The notes under the pieces were generated by a model. It was not told where the DNA came from. It searched no databases and saw only the letters and a program-made list of their open reading frames with translations. DNA of 35,903 nucleotides from Jimgerdemannia flammicorona. Its lineage: Eukaryota. The position numbers were made by a program, and so were the translations under genes. Numbering within the stretch: position 1 is the stretch's first letter; each line of letters begins with the position of its first letter. Of this stretch, positions 9,677 through 21,600 are shown one piece after another. The stretch spans positions 1 to 35,903 of the forward strand of contig RBNJ01000233.1 in NCBI GenBank assembly GCA_003990765.1, given 5' to 3'.

Positions 9677-12152
9677 TGTGACATCTACAATTGACCCTGT
9701 CCAAATTCGGAGTACCCTGTGACCACAAGATCAGACGATATAATGGCGTGACAATCAAATAGACAGCCTGACCCATTAGGTGATCATCCCAAAAGAAGAC
9801 AAGAAGATCCGAGCCAAAATGAAGACCACGTTATTTAAGGAACCCTACTTCGCCTCAGGGATCGGCACCAAAGAACCAAGTACCCATCATACAATGCCTC
9901 CCACTCGCTGAACCAACCAGACCTCCCGCCGCTCTACCCCTCTGCCTGGCCCAAAGACCCTGATCTTTGAAGCTATCAAGAAGGCCATCTGGCGCCCAGA
10001 TACTTCCGAATACTTGAACTTCTACACTGAGGACCTTGGACACTTCATCAACTACTGGTATACAATGACCCAACAGCTCAAAGACACTACCGAATGAATG
10101 ACCCTCTGGCATGACTATGAAATCGGACACCGCCTTCACAATGAGACTCAAGAAGGCGACCAGGAAGACCTCATTGCCGAAATGTTAACCACCAGCTGGC
10201 TAATCAAGAGAGCCCTCTGTGTCCATCAAATCTTCTGCCATATTCCCTGGGCTATAGCACACTTGCAAGGAGTAACAGCTGGTAGTCTCTCCCGCCTATC
10301 AACCGAAGATGCTGACTGGATAGAATCCGAAGAAGCCAATGCTATTGGCAGCAACTGCATTGCCGTAGGAAGCCAACAAACCGAACCTACTCAACCAGGT
10401 TTCCACATCACCCCGCTCCGAGACAACCATCAAGGTCACCTAATGAGTCTTATGGAGATATTTGAAGGACCACCCATCACTATAGAGACACCCGTTGGAG
10501 CTACCCCAACCACCCACCACCCTGTCAGCTACAATTCACACCTCATCATTTGGGAACCAAATCAAGAAGAAGCCCAAGAAGTTCTTGTCTTTGAAGAGGA
10601 GGCCCAAGAACTCCAAGACCCTGCCCCTGAGGAAACCCCCTCTGACACTGAAACTGACGAGCCTTCAGAAGAAGAAGAGGATCAACAGAGAGTCTACCAG
10701 TCCTCTGTCCGCATTCAAGCTATTCAAGGGTTGGAGAATGTTGTTGAAGATGACTGGCCACTTTTCTACCCCCTCACCTCTTGGCCAGCGCTTCCCCCTT
10801 TTGAGGAGAGATATGATGAAGAAGAAATCACAACCCAGCAAGATTTGCCCACCACAGATGAATGGTACTATTCCCTCTAGAGTACCGTCTATCAGCCGTG
10901 AGAACCAAGCTTTTGTCAGCAAGTCCATTTTCAGCATTGCTACCCCCCACAACTGTTTCTGGCAACAATCAGCAATCATGTCAGCTCATCCGAATCCAGC
11001 GTTGCTACCCAGTACCACCATTTTCAGCATTTTGTCAGCAAGTCCATTTTCAGCATTGCTACCCTCTACAACCGCTTCTGGCAACAATCGCCGCATCCAT
11101 ATCCGTCCGTATCAGCAAGTCAGCAAGTCCGAATCCTGCGTTGCTACCCAGCACAACCGAATCCAGCATTGCTATCCAGTGCAACCGTTTCTGGCATCTT
11201 GTCAGCAAGTCAGCCCTTCACATCATGCAAGCCAATAGCATAGCGAAGTTTGCCACAACATAGTATACCTTAGCCTTAGTCGCGCCCCCTCATAGCTAGC
11301 AAACTTGTATAAATAACCCATATTCTTAGAGTGAATAAACCTCAGCCAGATAGTTTTACAGAGAAAACACACTGCCTCCAAGAGACTGGATAAATTCTGA
11401 GAACAAGATAACAACCTAGAGCAACGGATTGCTCGGAAGTTTGAGTTAAGGAATTTTCTCTTGCCACGGAAAGAAAATGTTACCCAACCGCCACCATTCG
11501 AGACCCAAGTTACCCAGCCAAGGATTCAAGACCACGGACCGCCCGAATTTCCAATTTTGCTGCCACAAAAAGGATTTGAGACCCAGAAACCCAAGTTACC
11601 CAGCCAAGGATTCAAGACATGACCGCCGCGCATTCGGACCTCCACGCATTCGACCGCCATTCGAGATTCAAGACCCAGAAAACCAAGGAAACCCAAGGAT
11701 ACCCAGCTAAAGGATACTAGACCGCCAAAGACCGACCCACTGCCAAAGAACCGAACAACCGCCAGGAACCTAACAAGTTAAGACAGACGAGCGAGCCGTC
11801 AACCTCCGCTTCTCCGATTCCCGACCCACTGCGCCACGAACCACATAAAGAGCAAGACCATCAAGACCGTTGCCGCATAAATTCAAGTTTGCCGCCAAGT
11901 TAATCGCCACCAGGAACGCCCTTTTCCACTGGATATTGAGCCATTGAACAACCGAACGACCTCATCATCGACGTCCTGAGCCACCATCGTTGAACAATCG
12001 AAGTCCCGCTATTATCGCACAAATCGAACGACCTGTCACGTGACCATCGACCCGCGAACATCACCAATGCACTCATATCCATTGCGCACTCCACCAAGTG
12101 TCACACATTGAGCTGTGCAGTCGAAGTTCATTATACATAACCGAACGTCACA
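9677..12152 (+). mobile_element. Solo LTR C (2476 bp) of a related but diverged LTR family, CpG-rich
   Basis: TGTGAC...GTCACA inverted termini with ATAT on both sides. TATAAATA at 11308 and AATAAA at 11334. No PBS, PPT or gag/pol flanking it, and the host intron resumes. Confidence 0.88.
9894..10880 (+). pseudogene. LTR-encoded ORF of solo LTR C (~328 aa, acidic C-terminus), homologous to the A/B LTR ORF
   Basis: ATG at 9894 is in frame with ORF 10098..10880, broken only by TGA at 9909 and 10095 (likely CGA>TGA). Shares D..HFI.Y, W..YEIG, HQIF.H.PW and F.GP.I motifs with 24545..25357. Confidence 0.85.
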
Positions 12153-12389
12153 ATATATAAAGAGCTCACCAATTTAATCTCATATTTAATAAACAGAATT
12201 TGGCAGATAGAATTTCATTTACAATCAATACATAGACATCCCTCAATATAATTTTATTTCTGAGCATTACCAATCATTAGATTGACCTCAATTGACAACT
12301 TAACTCTCTTATTCTTAACTTTATCAAAATTGCTGGTCCTCATTCTGGAGAAAACATCATGGATGCTTTTATTAGTTATATCTAAGAGC

Positions 12390-12699
12390 TAGTGCTCCTA
12401 ATGAATGATTCAATTTGAGGTCTGATTTGAACCCTATTTTTCAAAATATAGTAACTCAATGAATATATATCTAAATTCAATGGTATTTAGCTTGATAGAT
12501 TCATCTTATATAGAAAAATCTAATAAGCTAAAGATAATTGAATTTAAATATGTATTTATCAAGTTATTATATTTTGAAAAATAGGATTCAAATTGGACCC
12601 TCAATTTAATTCAAATTCAATTTAATTCAAACTTGATTCAAATTGAAAAATCCCCAATTCAATTCAATTCAAATTGATTTGATTTATTTGAGAGTACTA
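12390..12699. mobile_element. hAT-type MITE (310 bp)
   Basis: Termini TAGTGCTC / GAGTACTA and a ~36-bp internal inverted repeat (TTGAGG..ATTTGAA.CCTATTTTTCAAAATATA). 8-bp TSD CTAAGAGC / CTGGGAGC. The transposase frame resumes across it. Confidence 0.85.
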
Positions 12700-14506
12700 C
12701 TGGGAGCTTGAGATAATAACTAAAATAAAAAGAGAGGACTTACCATCTGATCAGTATTTTGAGAGAAGTCTTAAAACAAAACAGATTTTAATAATTATTT
12801 ATTTTTACATAAATTTGCCAACTAAAAATTTCAAGTACAGATTTTGGCCATTGTGATGAATAATATCACAAATAACTCAACATTTTTCTAAAATTTAACA
12901 GCCAACCTTCAATAGAAAAATATACCCTTTAGTATAGAAAACTGCTATATATATTATCAGGTCCATATACCGAACCTTGCTGTTCAGAATTAGCTTATAC
13001 ATATAGACAAAATATCCAGAAGTGAAGGAACTCTGAGTATTATCTCCAAGCTGTACAAACTGATTATATTGGTCTAATCATCTCTACAATGATAAGAAAA
13101 ATTTGCTACACAGTATGTATATAGCAATCAGTTTAGTTCTGAAAGAGTTGATATTAAATATCTATATATATTAGAACTCAATATTTGCAATAATTCAGTA
13201 TATATTGAAGTTTGCTATAGTATGTGTTCTTTTTTTAATTAGCTAAAGTAAATTGTTTTGAATGACTGAGGATTGTTAATTAATTTTAAAACAAAATTTT
13301 TCTTAAAAAAAAAAAAAAAAGATAAAAGTGAGTAGGATGTACTAAGGAATATTGTTAGAGTTTTGAAAGTAAGTGATAATTGCTTTGACTCTATATTCAT
13401 TTATCTATCTCTACATAGTAATATAATAATTTACTATTCTTAACTACCAGTGTTTTAAAAATAAACTATCTTGACAATAAGCTCTATAATACTAATATAT
13501 AATCTTCTGATTGATTGACTAGAGGATAAGCTCAAGAAAAGACTGGAGAGTAGTGGTGATTTCTAGTTTAGCCTGGATCAGAAAGATGCTGTAGAGGTTG
13601 CTCTGAGCAAGCTTAGAAAATACTACTCCAAAATAGATATCACTATATACTCAATTAGTATAGATATATGTATTAGTATAGTAGTTACCTCTTCCAAAAA
13701 AGAGAAACTCTTACAAAACTCACTCTCTTTCTCAAAACAGTGTTAGATCTATACTTAAAGCTACAATACCACAAAAATCAGGGCTGGGAGCAGTACTACA
13801 TTGAGAAAGTCAAGCAAGTTATAATAAAAACATACTGGAAAAACTATGTACTATTATAAGATTCTGGTCAAAGTTCAGATAAATATACTGAAGGATCTCT
13901 TCTATTATATATTTACTTCAGCAGAAAGAGGAAGAGAGAGCTATTAGTGAAAGAACTGCCACCAATAGATAAACTCACCATTTACCTCATTAGTAACTAT
14001 ATGATCCTGCTGGAGGATATAGAGCTGATGGAAGGTGGGTTGTCTTTTTACAGATGGTTAGTGGGGTTAGGCCATCATTCTGACTACTATTCTGACTACT
14101 ATTCTAACTATCATTCTATCCCCTAGGATATGTAGCCACAGATATATCAAACAGACTTTCTCAGCCTATGTAATATGACTCAGAACTATTTGATCATTTC
14201 TGCTATCAGTACTCCAGTTGAGTAGGTATTCTCTGATAGAGTGGATCTTATTTCTTCTAAGAGATGTATGCTGAATACTAAGGCAATCTAGGTCTATATG
14301 TACCTAAAGTCTTAGTAAGGTATGGGCTGCTAAAATTTGGTAAGTTCTGCAACATTAAATAAAAAAGAGTCAGAAATAAATTATTTTTTATAAATTATTT
14401 AAAAAATAAAAATAAAAGAGAAAGTTCAGCTCAGGGTACAAGATGGCAGATAGAGAGAGCATACTGGTATTTGTGGCCCTCTGTCTGCCCAAGTGGGGTA
14501 GAGGTC

Positions 14507-15109
14507 AGTGAAGTTATTGATAGAGAGAGTATGCAAAATTTGCAGCCCTCTACTGGCAACAAGGGGTAAGTTCAAGCTATAAGTTGGTGTAGAAGTCCAG
14601 ATTAGAGAGAGCATGTAGAATTTGCAGCTCAATGATCTACTGTAAGAAGCAACTTCAAGCAGATCAGACTCTGGTATAGATTTGGGCCCCATAGGCACCC
14701 TGGTTCTGTACTGCAGCACCATATTAGTAGTACTCCAAAGTGGGGTCAAGGGACCAGTAGAGCTCAGCAAAAGTTCAAACTAGTGCTACAAAATAAGATT
14801 AGTGAGGTTGACAGAGAGAGTATGCAAAATTTACAGTCCTCTATCAGTAACAAGAGATAGCCCCAAGCTACAAGCTAGTGTAGGAGTCTGAATTAGAGGA
14901 AGTATACAGAATTTGTAGTCCAATGATCCACTGCAAGAAGCATCATCAAGCAGTCAGACTCCAATACAGATCAGACTTCAATACAGATTGAACTCTAGTA
15001 TAAATTCAGACCCCTGGCTCGGTGCTGTAGTACTGTACCAGCAGTGCTATAATATAGGGCTAAGAGACTAGTAGAGCTCAGCAAAAAGCTAAAAACTAAT
15101 GCTACAAAA
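14507..15109. repeat. ~295-bp diverged tandem duplication between transposase and cargo gene
   Basis: GAGAGAGTATGCAAAATTT...AGTAGAGCTCAGCAAAA...GCTACAAAA occurs twice, with units starting at 14507 and 14801. Confidence 0.85.
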
Positions 15110-15184
15110 CAGTTATCTAACTCTCACAAAAGACTACTCAATCTTCACAAAAAGACTGTTTAGTCTAATCTTTACAAAACTGCT

Positions 15185-16380
15185 CTACTCATCAGGCTCA
15201 GGCCTTGATGAGCTTATCATCTATTGTGAGTACAATAACTATAGTATCTGAGCTCTCCTCAAAGATAATAGTGTCATAGAGGTCATATGGTTAGAATAGG
15301 ACAGCTGTATTGGCCACAAACAGGACTCTAAAACTATAGACAAGGTTATATCAGATACTACCACTATTCTTCCAAGTTGGGCCCTTTCTTTCTAGAATAT
15401 AAAATATTATCAGAGTAATATTGCTGTCTGTATGTGTGAGTAGAGAAACATTATACCTAATATATTCTGATGTAAACCCTTGGCCCAGGATCTCATATTA
15501 CCAAACAGTGCTAGAGAATGTCTGCCTTTCATCTAGTCCTAAGAGCTCTGGCTTAGAAATCTACTAAAATAGACAGTATCTAGTTAATTCTTTTTGCATA
15601 CAGGGGAGTAGAAACCCTCAGGCTACACCAAAAAAAAGTCAAGCTCCTCACCTTATATGGTATACTAAATTGCATCAAGAATGTATATATAGTAATACTG
15701 AGAGTACTACTAAGCTAGTCTGCTGTTTGCTCCAGCAATCTGCTCAAAGAACTCCAGATCATGGCCACTATTGCCATATAGACCATGTTATGCTTATATG
15801 TAGCTTATTCTTTAATAGCACTTCTAAAAATCTGATAAGAGTACAGAATCCTATATATCTCTGGAAATTTAATAAGAATAGAATAGTAAAGAAAATCTCA
15901 AAAAAAAGAAAGACAAATATAGAGAATTTCAAAAAAAAACTCCAAAGAACTCACTCTTTACCAATATTACAGTATATTCAATTCCCATCCAAAGTTCCTC
16001 TCTCTGCTTTTTACACTCCCTCTTTTCTGCCAATCAGAATTTGATACAATTCTTATAAATCTTATTAATATAGCAATAAAGCTCATCAATATAGAGATTT
16101 CTTACCACTATCATAACAACCTCTCTATGTTTGTTAATAATGATATAGTTCTCTTCATTATTGAGTACTCTAGTATTCCAATGAATTCCTTGATTGAGAA
16201 TAATTGGCTCTAATTTGAATGTAGACCTCCAAGCCTTGATAGTAATACTAGTATTACTCATACTGAATAACTTGTCCTCAAACTTCTCTATTTGATCAGA
16301 TGCTAGATGTAGTTGAACTTAGATAACTTTGAATTCTCCTCTGTAGTAGAACTGAACCTTGATCTGAGTAGTGGGCCAAG
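15185..16380 (-). pseudogene. hAT cargo gene, putative TET/JBP-like 2OG-Fe(II) dioxygenase (decayed; further 5' exons probably extend to ~25750, split by element B)
   Basis: One minus frame reads GFTSEYIRYNVSLLTHTDSNITLIIFYIL..KNSGSI*YNLVYSFRVLFVANTAVLF*PYDLYDT. HxD is at 15426-15434. YDT (15270-15278) is two transitions from HGT. GTGAGT..TTTCCAG intron at 15954-15861; the upstream exon includes ORF 16034..16261. Confidence 0.55.
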
Positions 16381-16846
16381 TTAAGTATGTGGACAGATTA
16401 TGTGTGCATATTATATAGAAGTTTTTAGGAGAGAATATATAAAAATGAAGTTAAATAAAATACAGAGTAAGTATTTATAAAAAAGTATGAGAATGAATTA
16501 CATATAGATGAGTTGTATGCAGATAAGTTGTATGCAGATAAGTTGTATAAGATTGCTCATAAAGACTTACTTCTGATCCTTTTGAGATCTCTGCTATATG
16601 ATGTATTGACTCAATAGCTCAGTTACCAAAGGCATATCTTATAACATTCTCCAGCCTTTTTCCAGCCTTTCTTCATCTTGATCAGATATTGTGAATAAAG
16701 TTAGCAGATCTTGCTATAGAGCTGTGGACTCTGAGAAAAAGAGAAATAGTATAAAATAAACTTGGTCATACTATAGAAATTTAAATATAGTGGTAAAAAG
16801 GCAACCTATATCTACTATTGACTGCTCTAAAAAGACTACTACATAT

Positions 16847-18368
16847 TGTCATGTAGTGGTCACTGAGTCCTTCAAATATGCCAGATTCTCTTCAAGATGT
16901 ATCTCTTAGACTAACTCAAGTTTGTTATAAGCAAGTTCTTATTAGAGTGCCTTCCCAAGGTCTTATAGTCCTCAAAATTCTTATCTTTAACTGTCTTGTT
17001 ATCTCTTAGATTGCTCGCAAGGAAGTATATATAAGTGAAACCGGAACTGACTTTATTTCAAAGGAAATAAGAGGAGTATTTATATAAAATATAATTCAAT
17101 AGTTACTAAGATATAAAGCTAAATATAAATTCTAATAACTAAAACTACTAAGTTCCAGAGTCGGTACTGATGGTTATACAGGTTCAGGATGCTGGCATTA
17201 TTTAGTATTATATCAAAATGCCAGTGCTGGAACAATTTTGCATTACCTCAGAATACCAGTACTAGCATTATCCAGTATTACATAAGAATACTGGTGCTGG
17301 CATTATCTAGTATAATAAAGAACTTAGAGCAGAAAGTTCAGGATCATGGGGGCTTCATCATCATCATCACTGAAGAAGATGAGATCCATGAATTCGTCAT
17401 GTAGGTTATGCATTTCACATATGTCGCATAGGATGACATCATTGCCAATGACATCATTACATTTGGCTGTGGCAGGGAAATCAGGAACAAGATCTGGAGC
17501 TCTCCAGTCTATGAGATTCTCTTCTACAAAATAGGGGACAAATGTGGGGTCTTGGGGAGATCTAACCCGAATGCTTGGGCCCTAGAATACTGAGATCAAT
17601 CCTTGCAGAAATTGGTCTGGGTTGTTCTGAAGGATGGGGTATCAGAAGTCTTCTACTTGAGGGTGATAGTAGACTGGGCTTCTGTAGCCACCCTGGCTTC
17701 TAGTGCATTTATATAGTGGGATGACAGATCTCTGAAGTCTGAGACTCTAACATACTTCAAGTTGGGGATCAACCATAGTGCATGCCTGAAGATCTGATGG
17801 ATCTTCTTAGCTGTTCTTGTTTTGCATATATCCATGAGAGTGGCATCTTGTAGCTCTTGGGTGCTGGCCTGTGGAAACTCTCAGCAGAGGAGATTTCCTA
17901 TTTCATACTCCTGCTATATTTGGAGACATTCGATAGCAATGGTGATCCTTGTTTCCATTTCATGGCAGTAGAGGATAAAGTGATAGGAATCTGCAGTACC
18001 CAGGTTGACACTGAGAGTCCTTCTTGAGTGGGTCTCTATGGCTCTTCTGATGTCTTGGAACATCCTTTCTTCAACTGAGGTATCTTGATGGTTCCTTGAC
18101 CTTGAAGTTTGGCAGGCAGTAGGCATTTCATTTATAGTAAGTCTTTGAGCTATTTTGGGATTGGTGGTTCTTGTTGGTTGCTGCTACTGTGGTTCCTTGA
18201 TCCTTCTTTTATATTCTTCAGGATGCTTGTACTGTGGTCACAATGACTCACAGTTGGTTATCATTGCTCATCTCATATACTGTATGATCTTCTTGTGCTC
18301 CAATCTGGTGGCTTGCAAGGAAAGGCTGTCTCCTGTGCTGATGTCATCATTCTGGGGTCACTGTTACA
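16847..18368 (-). repeat. 3' LTR of element B (1522 bp)
   Basis: TGTAAC...ATGACA on the minus strand; direct repeat of 24069-25599. Confidence 0.95.
17324..18126 (-). pseudogene. LTR-encoded ORF, decayed copy in the B 3' LTR
   Basis: Fragments 17914..18126 and 17653..17835 match 24545..25357, with stops and a 10-bp deletion near 17658. Confidence 0.85.
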
Positions 18369-18378
18369 TCTTCCTCCT
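18369..18378 (-). promoter_or_regulatory. Polypurine tract of element B
   Basis: AGGAGGAAGA on the minus strand abuts the 3' LTR. Confidence 0.8.
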
Positions 18379-18681
18379 GAATAAGGATCTTCTCGAGTGT
18401 CCTTATTCATTGGTCCAGTCCTGAAAAATTTGCTGATCCCATAACCTCTGGCAAGGGGTTGAAAAGTGGTGTTTATGGGCTGGCATCTTCTCTTTATATT
18501 TTGGCATGATAGTGAAGTGTCACTCCCTTCATATAGAGCAAGGGCCTGATTTTGATCTTGACCAATCAGTTGACAGTTCAAACTCCTCTGACTTCAAAAG
18601 TCTCATGGATGAGTAGTTGCCAGTACCATATCCCTTAGAGAATGGTCCAGACAGATAGCCTGCTGGTCATGGGACATGCTG

Positions 18682-21600
18682 TTATGATTCATGGACTAGA
18701 ACCTCACAGGCAGTCATCACATTTTGCTTCTCTTGTATAGGTTTGTGGTACTTCTTGAGTCTGTTCCTGTGTACTGTAGTAGGCAGTATGGTCCCTGAGA
18801 TTTTTCTAAGCCAGAAGATAGTTCTCTTGATATCTTGCACATAGAAGGGTCCTTCCCATTTGGGCTCTAGTTTTTGCGACCATGAGGCTTCTACCATATT
18901 TCGATACAGTAGAACCTTTTCTCTGATTTGGATGGGTTCTAGGGTCTTGTGATTCTTTTCTGCAATCTTCCTTGTCAGTGCTTGTGACTTGGTAATGTAA
19001 TCTTCAGCCTTCTTCCTGTTTGGTGTAGTCTCCAGATTTCTGCATCAACCCATCTCCAAGTTAGGTCTAGATTTGTGACTGAGGTTCCATCAGAATCTTC
19101 TTCTCCAAAAGCAGCTCTCTTGGGGTAAAATGTGTGCTCTGTGACCATATATCTCTTAAGACAGAGAGGGCAGTTGGGAGATAGTTATCCCAATTCTCAT
19201 ATGTCTCTGAGATCTTTGCTAGGATGTTCTTGAGGGTCTTGTTGGTTCTCTCTATCTGTCCATTTCCTTGAGGGTGGTATGCAGTGGTCTTGATATGCTG
19301 GATCTTGTATTTCTGATACATTATCTCATGGAATCTATTGACAAATTCCATTCCACAGTCTGTTGTGATTTGCTTTGGTGTCTTGTAGTGGCAGATGATT
19401 TATCAGTGTAGGAAGTCAGCTATAGAGAGGGCATTGGCTTCTTGTAATACTCCTGCCTCTATCCATTTGGTAAAGAGGTCTACAATAACTATAATATAGC
19501 AGTTTCCTTATAGTATTACTGGTAGTGGTCCAATGATATCCATTGCGATGTGGTGAAAGGGGATAGGCTCAATTCTTGATGACCCAGGTGCCTGGTCTTG
19601 CTGATCTTATTTCTGTTTTTGGTACTTGTCACATCCTTTGACAAATTGGCACAGGTCTTCTTCCATCTTAGAGCACCACATAGTTCTTCTTGCCTTGTCA
19701 TATATATTGGTTCCTCCTAAGTGTTCTTGCTCATATACTTCCTTCATTACTTGATACTTCCTGTATCTGGGTATTACTAGCTTTCCTCCTTTTCTGAGTG
19801 TGGTATTGTCTAATTCAAACTGTTTCCAAGTCTGGTTGATGATAGTGATTGTCTAGGGTTCAAGGTGGTTGGGCATCTTCTACTGCCCAAGGTAGCTGAT
19901 TAATCTATAGTATAGCTCCTTATTCATGTTGAATAGTCTTGGTGGGGGTGTTTTGGGGTGTCTTTGAGAGTGTATTGGCATTAGTGTTGGTCTTTTCTAA
20001 GTGGTGCTTGACAGTACAGTCATACTCTTACAGCCTGTAGATCCATCTGGTATATATTCCTTTGGGGTTCAGAGTGTGGAATAGCCAGGCAAGAGCAGAA
20101 TGGTCTGTTTGAATGGTGAAGTATTTCCTGGCTAGGTAGTAGTGGAACTTATCTACTGCCCAAACTACTACTAAGCATTCAAGCTTGCATGACTCATAGT
20201 TCTGTTCTGCTCCATAGATACCTCAGCTTGCATAAGAGATGACATATTCATGTTCATCTTTCTTCTGAGCTAGGACTGCTCCAAGTCCTATAGCACTTGC
20301 ATCTGTCTGCAGGATGAATTCTAGGTTCCAGTCTGGTCTTCTGAGAATGGGTGCTTGGGTCAACCTGGTCTTGAGTTTATTGAAGGTTTCTTGGCACTCC
20401 TTGGTCCATTCAAATTTGGTCTCCTTCTTCAGTAGCTCATAGATAGGTGCTGCAATATTGGAGTATCCTTTGATGAATCTTCTGTAGTAGCTGGCCAGTC
20501 CAAGGAAGGCATGGACTTCTGTGGTTGTTCTGGGTCTCAGATAGACTGCAACAGCCTTGATCTTCATGAGGTCTGTGTGGATTCCAGTCTGGTTGATAAG
20601 GTGTCCTAGGTAGGCGATTTCCTGAGCTGTAAACTTGCATTTCTTGGGCTTGATGTAGAGGCCATACTCCTTGAGCCTCTTGAGGGCTAGCTGTATATGA
20701 TTGATATGTTCCCATGCAGTGTTGCTGAAGATAATCACATCATCAATATAGACAAAGAGCTATTTTCCAATCTTGTTGCTGAAGACTCTGTTCATTATTC
20801 ACTAGAAACTTGCTGGGGCATTGCACATTCCGAATGGCATTCACAGATAGATATAGGTGGCATCAGGTGTAATGAAGGCTGATTTCTCACTGGTATCTTG
20901 AGTGAGACCAATCTGATGGAAGCCTGAGAACAGATCCAAGGTGGTGTAGTATTTGGCTTCACTTCCAAGAGTGGTAAGGATTTCTTGAATATTCGGCAAG
21001 GGCTGCCTATCCTTCTTGGTGATGGCATTGAGTTTCCTGTAGTCATTGCAGAGTCTTGGTACAAACTCTCCAGGCTTGCTTCCTTTCTTCAGGACTAGGA
21101 CAATGGGTGAGGCCCAGGGGCTGATATGTAGCTTGCTTGATGATTCCAGCTTCTTCCATTTCCTTGAGTTCTGCTCACAGCCACTCTCTGTAGGCAGGTG
21201 GTATGGGTCTGGCATTCTGGTAGATGGGCTTGGTATCACCAGTGTCAACTTCATGGTAGTACTTGGGTTCTTAATTGTGGATATCTCTAAAGTTTGTAGC
21301 AAGTACTCCTTTGTTCTGGTGCAGGATCTTGAGAAGTTATTCCTCCAGGGGAAAGTTTTCTCCAATGATATATGTGTGCTTGTTCTGGTCCTTGTCTTTC
21401 TTGTGCTCAAGTTTGATAATCTTGGTGGCAGCATAGGCTCCTCTTCCAGTAGATCCAAAGCCTTGTTCTCCTCTCTTAGTCTTGATAAGTTTGATGGCTT
21501 CTATGATCTTAGGCTTCTTGATTTTATGGATCAGCATCTGGCTAATCCTGTCATGCTTCTTGACTTTGAAGGGGGTGGTGTGGTTGTGATTTCTGACTAT

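Larger units (their letters stand above)
9150..14315 (+). pseudogene. hAT transposase, multi-exon and decayed, interrupted by solo LTR C (in an intron) and by a MITE
   Basis: Manual translation gives a BED-like ILYSQKFK..RSTSNIY*YIKDKY (~9220-9294); ISFTINT*TS..FLSITNH*ID..GPHSGENI (first catalytic D region, ~12212-12358); ILAIVMNNITNN and HIPNLAVQ (12841-12987); KLRKYYSK; LDLYLKL; and the hATC block NMTQNYLIISAISTPVE*VFS...KR...MYLKS* (14172-14315). GT..AG intron at 9615-12196. Confidence 0.88.

Noticed and set aside
10495..11263. Overlapping ORFs 10495..11238 and 10862..11263
   Set aside because: They have non-ATG or internal starts, run through a tandem-repeat mosaic, and have no counterpart in the A/B LTRs.
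15670..16044. Plus-strand ORFs 15670..16044 and 5218..5484
   Set aside because: They are antisense to the cargo gene, span its intron, and do not correspond between H1 and H2.
18273..18581. 102-aa minus ORF between pol and the 3' LTR of B
   Set aside because: It has a non-ATG start, crosses the PPT/LTR boundary, is interrupted in A, and has no recognisable motif. Weak, but not fully excluded.
18682..18900. Chromodomain at the integrase C-terminus
   Set aside because: The ORF ends about 55 aa after the GPF motif with no Y.VKW-type motif.
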